Positions 38,027 to 42,706 of a stretch of DNA of 42,706 nucleotides are shown here, piece after piece. The translations under genes and the position numbers were made by a program. A model generated the notes under the pieces. It searched no databases. It was not told the origin of the DNA and worked only from the letters and a program-made list of their open reading frames with translations. The stretch spans positions 181,507,054 through 181,549,759 of the forward strand of contig NC_068982.1 in the NCBI RefSeq assembly GCF_001194135.2. Direction: 5' to 3'. Position 1 is the stretch's first letter. Each line of letters starts with the position of its first letter. The DNA comes from Octopus bimaculoides. Taxonomy: Eukaryota.

Positions 38027-38143
38027 CTGATGAAGGCTGGATGGCATATCAGCTGAAACGTGTTAACAACAAACAAGATGAGGACAAATATCCATCAAAT
38101 GTAAATAATGTACATAATTCCTCATCTCTTAAATATAGAACTG
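38027..38143 (+). ncRNA. repeat tail with a degenerate hammerhead core
   Basis: CTGATGA-AGGCTG-gatggcatat-CAGCT-GAAAC-GTGTTAACAACAAACAAGATGAGGACAAATATCC. A 3-nt deletion relative to the 17198-17300 copy removes the cleavage triplet. Confidence 0.7.
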
Positions 38144-38989
38144 CATCTCTGAAGAGTCCTGGTGTCAACAAAGCTATTATTAAAGGCCCGCTTGATATTC
38201 CGTAGAGCTTCTGCGGCAGTTTGTACTCATACGAGAAAATCACTCAAAATATTTTGGTTTTTATCATTTTCATAAGGCCTGTGGGTACGAATTTTGTATA
38301 CCAATATTGTTGGGAAAGAAAAAAAGAGTCTAAATTAAATGAAAGTTATACATAACTGATTTTTTAAATGACTGAAATAACAAGTAATTAAGAATGCGAT
38401 ATTTCACGTGAAACAACCTAATATAAGTCTCTATAACACTATGACACACAGGTATACACACACGCGCAAGCACATTCACATACGCACAATCACAGGCGCA
38501 CACACACAAACATGTGCACGCGCACACATGCACGCACACATGCACGCACACATTTGCAGCATATTTGGTTCTTGTGTACCAAAAATTAAGGAAATATTCT
38601 CTCTTGCTCTGTTATTATTTACACACCAGATTTTATTATAATTTCCTTTAGGAAAATATTATTTCATGATAATATTGTTTAGATTGTTTAAAGTATAATT
38701 TCTCTTTAAATTATATCCATATCAGAAAATAATTTTTACCTCAGCTCTATTGTATTACTAAATTCTTGTATTGACATTTAGTTTTCTTATTTTAGTTCTC
38801 ATAAGTTATATAATTTTCTCATTAAAACATTTTTCACTAGCATCAGATGAATTCTGGATCATTATGTCTGCAATATCATATGTTTACGTGAGAGAAATGT
38901 TCCTGTCATTACGTCAGATATGTATAGTTAACTTGGAACTATCTATTGTATATAATTTTGCTTTTGCTTCTAGACTGTAACTATTTTAA

Positions 38990-39285
38990 AGGCACGTGGC
39001 TTTGTAGTTAGGGTATTCGCCTCATGATCAAAAGGTCGTGAGTTCGATTACCGACGACGTATGCACTTCGGTCCACTCAGATGGAGAAAATGGGTAGTAC
39101 GCGTATTTCAAAAGGCCAGCCTTGTCAACATTTTCTTCACACTGAATCTCGCTGAGAACTACGTTAAAGGTAGACGTGTCTATGGAGTGCTCAGCCACAT
39201 GCACGTAAATTTCACGAGCAGGCTGTTCCGTGGATCGGCTCAACTGTAACCCTCGTATTCGTAACGGAAGGAGTGCCAGTTTATA
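38990..39285 (+). mobile_element. tRNA-derived SINE
   Basis: gtggctttgtagttagggtattcgcctcatgatcaaaaggtcgtgagttcgattacc (A and B boxes), then ggtccactcag, similar to family B, with a distinct 3' body. Confidence 0.75.
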
Positions 39286-39316
39286 CAGCTATTAGTATAT
39301 ATAAAATATAGATACA

Positions 39317-39520
39317 CGCAAATAGTTAGCCTCTTATTTCTCTCACGCTTGACCAAACGGAACACTTAGCAAGGGACAATTTGATAAAAGGAAAACTGCT
39401 CAAAATCTTGGCTCGTTCTCGTCTTCAAATGAGTAGCTAGGTGTAACATAACAGAAGCGTCTTACTCAATTGCACAATGCTACATAATTAATAACATTGA
39501 AGAAATAAACACTTGAATAG
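39317..39520 (+). repeat. unclassified dispersed repeat, copy 2
   Basis: See 36183-36405. Confidence 0.8.
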
Positions 39521-40139
39521 ACTTTCAGCATAACCGGCTATGATGAAATCATGTATCTGCATGGTATGCAATGATTGTATATTTACTTTATATGATATAC
39601 ATATTACGAATTAGTTCCGAAGGTGCTGACTTCTTTTTACACGTTTTAAGAAAGAATTTAACTTACGTACATACACTCACAAACGTATATAAATGCACAC
39701 ACATACATAGGCAAAGGTAATGATACACACGTATACACACGGGAAAGCTGAGACGTACATATATCTATACATGTGTGAATATGTGTTTAAGTGACTATGA
39801 GTGAATGTGTGTTGTGTATGTGTGTGCTTGTGTGCTTGTGTGTATATGTGTGCGTATGAGAAAGAGAGAATATGTGTTTGTATGTGCATATGTCTGAACT
39901 GGATTTTGCAGCGTTTATTGTATTTTAGAAAGCACAGATATTAAAGTAACGGAAGATTTACTGAATGCACGGATGGCACGGCTGAGAGTAAATTCATGTT
40001 GAAGGAGGCATTTGGTTTTGCACAAAGACTTAGCTATCCAGCCTATGGATATGCTTCAATTTCCTGTCAACACATTGTGGTTTTACTCTTGTAGTTACTT
40101 GGGCATCAGAGCGCAAATATCCATTCATATGTATGCATG

Positions 40140-40200
<61 letters not shown>

Positions 40201-40207
40201 TTTATAT

Positions 40208-40431
40208 GTCATTCAGTTTATTTCAAGATTTCTTGCCAATAGAGAAAGAATCGGTTTCTAACCAAGATCCAATGTTCCTTCGTTGGAATTTCAACATCAG
40301 GAGGGTATTTTTGTATGTATGTCACTATTCAATTTATTTGAAAATGTCTTGCCATTACAGAAAGAACCGGTTTTTAACCTAGATCCTAGGTTTCCTTCAC
40401 TGGAATTTCAACATCAACAACAGGGCATTTT
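40208..40431 (-). repeat. two tandem ~105-bp units embedded in (CATA)n, probable 3' termini of the adjacent R4/Dong element
   Basis: Units 40208-40312 and 40321-40431 share tcttgcca..a.agaaagaa.cggttt.taacc.agatcc...ttcctt...tggaatttcaacatca. They lie just downstream of the RLE stop on the same strand. Confidence 0.75.
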
Positions 40432-40569
40432 GTGTGTATGTATGTGTGTCTATATGTGTGTTTGTATGTATGTATGTATGTATGTATGCATGCATGTATG
40501 TATGTGCAGATTTGTGCGTTTTATATATGTATACTCATGCATAAAGAAAGATATATAGATATGCTCATA

Positions 40570-41310
40570 TATATTTAACTGATAAACTTCTGGAAAGTTT
40601 TACAGATTTTTACAGTTCCAATGATGGATTGGATCTGTAGTCTTCGAATTAGCTGTCTCCATTTTATTGTTTTGAGAAGCCTAATTTCTCACGATTGTCA
40701 TTTAGGTAGTGTGTTACGTATCTCAGGGCACGTAATTATATGTATAAACCTGAACTTGTAACTGCAGATAGTTCAGCATAGGTGTTCTCTTTTACACTGA
40801 TCTTCAGTTTTATGTTAACATCCGCTGGGCAGCTAATTTCCATAACTGTGTACAGTTTCTCTTTTGTATCCCAAATCATTATCTCAGGTCGGTTTTGCTT
40901 ACATCGTATTGATGTCTTCCATGGTACGTTCCACCAATATTCCTTTTCCTTACGAGTGACTACGACTTCTACCATATTGTGTGTTTTTATTTCTTTGTCC
41001 TCGGGATTATCCTTGACGGATTTCATTATAGTGTGTCCTAACTACAATGTCATGTTTTATCGTTAGATAATACCGTAATGGCATTTCCGGACAACTGATT
41101 ATGATGTGGGTGATATCTTCACCGTGAACTCCACAAAGTTTGCATCGGTTGTCACATTTTACGAGTCTTCCCACATCTCTATCCCTTTAATCCATCAGGT
41201 TCTCGGATGATATTTCCTGTTCCTGCATTCCAAAAGCATACCGTTCAAAATTGGAGGTAGTACTCTAGCCATAGGTCCATGATAGACTGTTACTATCATC
41301 ACGGAGCATG
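40570..41310 (-). mobile_element. R4/Dong-type non-LTR retrotransposon C-terminal region (CCHC + restriction-like endonuclease)
   Basis: FERYAFGMQEQEISS, KCDNRCKLCGVHGEDITHIIISCPEM (CCHC), KEYWWNVPWKTSIRCKQNRPEIMIWDTKEKLYTVMEISCPADVNIKLKISVKENTYAEL (PD..E RLE motif, D to E) and IRRLQIQSIIGTVKICKTFQKF. Confidence 0.9.
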
Positions 41311-41385
41311 CATGCAAGCCCCTAAGTTTGTACGTATGAATGGATGTATGTATCTTTCACTCTATATATATACACACATACATAC

Positions 41386-42360
41386 NNNNNNNNNNNNNNN
41401 NNNNNNNNNNNNNNNNNNNNNNNNNNNNNNNNNNNNNNNNNNNNNNNNNNNNNNNNNNNNNNNNNNNNNNNNNNNNNNNNNNNNNNNNNNNNNNNNNNNN
41501 NNNNNNNNNNNNNNNNNNNNNNNNNNNNNNNNNNNNNNNNNNNNNNNNNNNNNNNNNNNNNNNNNNNNNNNNNNNNNNNNNNNNNNNNNNNNNNNNNNNN
41601 NNNNNNNNNNNNNNNNNNNNNNNNNNNNNNNNNNNNNNNNNNNNNNNNNNNNNNNNNNNNNNNNNNNNNNNNNNNNNNNNNNNNNNNNNNNNNNNNNNNN
41701 NNNNNNNNNNNNNNNNNNNNNNNNNNNNNNNNNNNNNNNNNNNNNNNNNNNNNNNNNNNNNNNNNNNNNNNNNNNNNNNNNNNNNNNNNNNNNNNNNNNN
41801 NNNNNNNNNNNNNNNNNNNNNNNNNNNNNNNNNNNNNNNNNNNNNNNNNNNNNNNNNNNNNNNNNNNNNNNNNNNNNNNNNNNNNNNNNNNNNNNNNNNN
41901 NNNNNNNNNNNNNNNNNNNNNNNNNNNNNNNNNNNNNNNNNNNNNNNNNNNNNNNNNNNNNNNNNNNNNNNNNNNNNNNNNNNNNNNNNNNNNNNNNNNN
42001 NNNNNNNNNNNNNNNNNNNNNNNNNNNNNNNNNNNNNNNNNNNNNNNNNNNNNNNNNNNNNNNNNNNNNNNNNNNNNNNNNNNNNNNNNNNNNNNNNNNN
42101 NNNNNNNNNNNNNNNNNNNNNNNNNNNNNNNNNNNNNNNNNNNNNNNNNNNNNNNNNNNNNNNNNNNNNNNNNNNNNNNNNNNNNNNNNNNNNNNNNNNN
42201 NNNNNNNNNNNNNNNNNNNNNNNNNNNNNNNNNNNNNNNNNNNNNNNNNNNNNNNNNNNNNNNNNNNNNNNNNNNNNNNNNNNNNNNNNNNNNNNNNNNN
42301 NNNNNNNNNNNNNNNNNNNNNNNNNNNNNNNNNNNNNNNNNNNNNNNNNNNNNNNNNNNN
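41386..42360. other. assembly gap
   Basis: N run flanked by CATA/TA repeats. Confidence 1.
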
Positions 42361-42424
42361 ATATATGTATATATACATATATATACACAGACAAGACGCG
42401 ATGACGAATTGTTGCACAGTTTCC

Positions 42425-42565
42425 ATACATCTAATTCACTCCTAAGGCATTGGTAGGTTCGGGACTATTGTAGAAATTACACTCACACTATGCGTCATGC
42501 AGTGGGACTGAACATGAAAACTCTTGTTTACGAACCTAGAATCTTAGCCACACAACCCTGCCTGT
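42425..42565 (-). mobile_element. SINE family A head
   Basis: ttcactcctaaggcattggtaggttcgggactattgtagaa...gcagtgggactgaac...cttagccacacaaccc is homologous to 525-670. Confidence 0.7.
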
Positions 42566-42672
42566 TCCTTCACGTGTGTGTGAACATATGTATCTCTTTG
42601 TTTTGTTCTTATTTACCACATATCTTTTCCACGTGTAGTTCCTATTTTCTTTTTGAAACATATTTCTATTAC

Positions 42673-42706
<34 letters not shown>

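Overview
AT-rich, microsatellite-dense eukaryotic genomic DNA with seven N-gaps, almost all flanked by TA-type repeats. The repeat families resemble those of octopus/cephalopod genomes (inference, not verified). There is no intact long gene, rRNA, true tRNA or CRISPR array, and nearly all long entries in the ORF track are gap or microsatellite artefacts. The window is dominated by decayed mobile elements: an RTE-type LINE, a CR1-group LINE, a Buster/Charlie hAT transposase relic, a fold-back Tc1/mariner relic, a mariner HTH fragment, a ~2.3 kb Penelope-like element (PLE), two R4/Dong-type RLE retrotransposon pieces tied to (CATA)n, and many tRNA-derived SINEs. The most interesting signal is a composite element at 37701-38143: a tRNA-like pol III head, an (AAT)n tract, then a tail with a minimal type I hammerhead-ribozyme core, with an inverted second tail against its 5' end. 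A third tail copy lies at 17198-17300. This suggests a hammerhead-carrying SINE mobilised by Penelope-like elements, although none of the three cores looks fully intact. Several short plus-strand segments with good splice signals could be exons or microexons of an unidentified host gene (low confidence).
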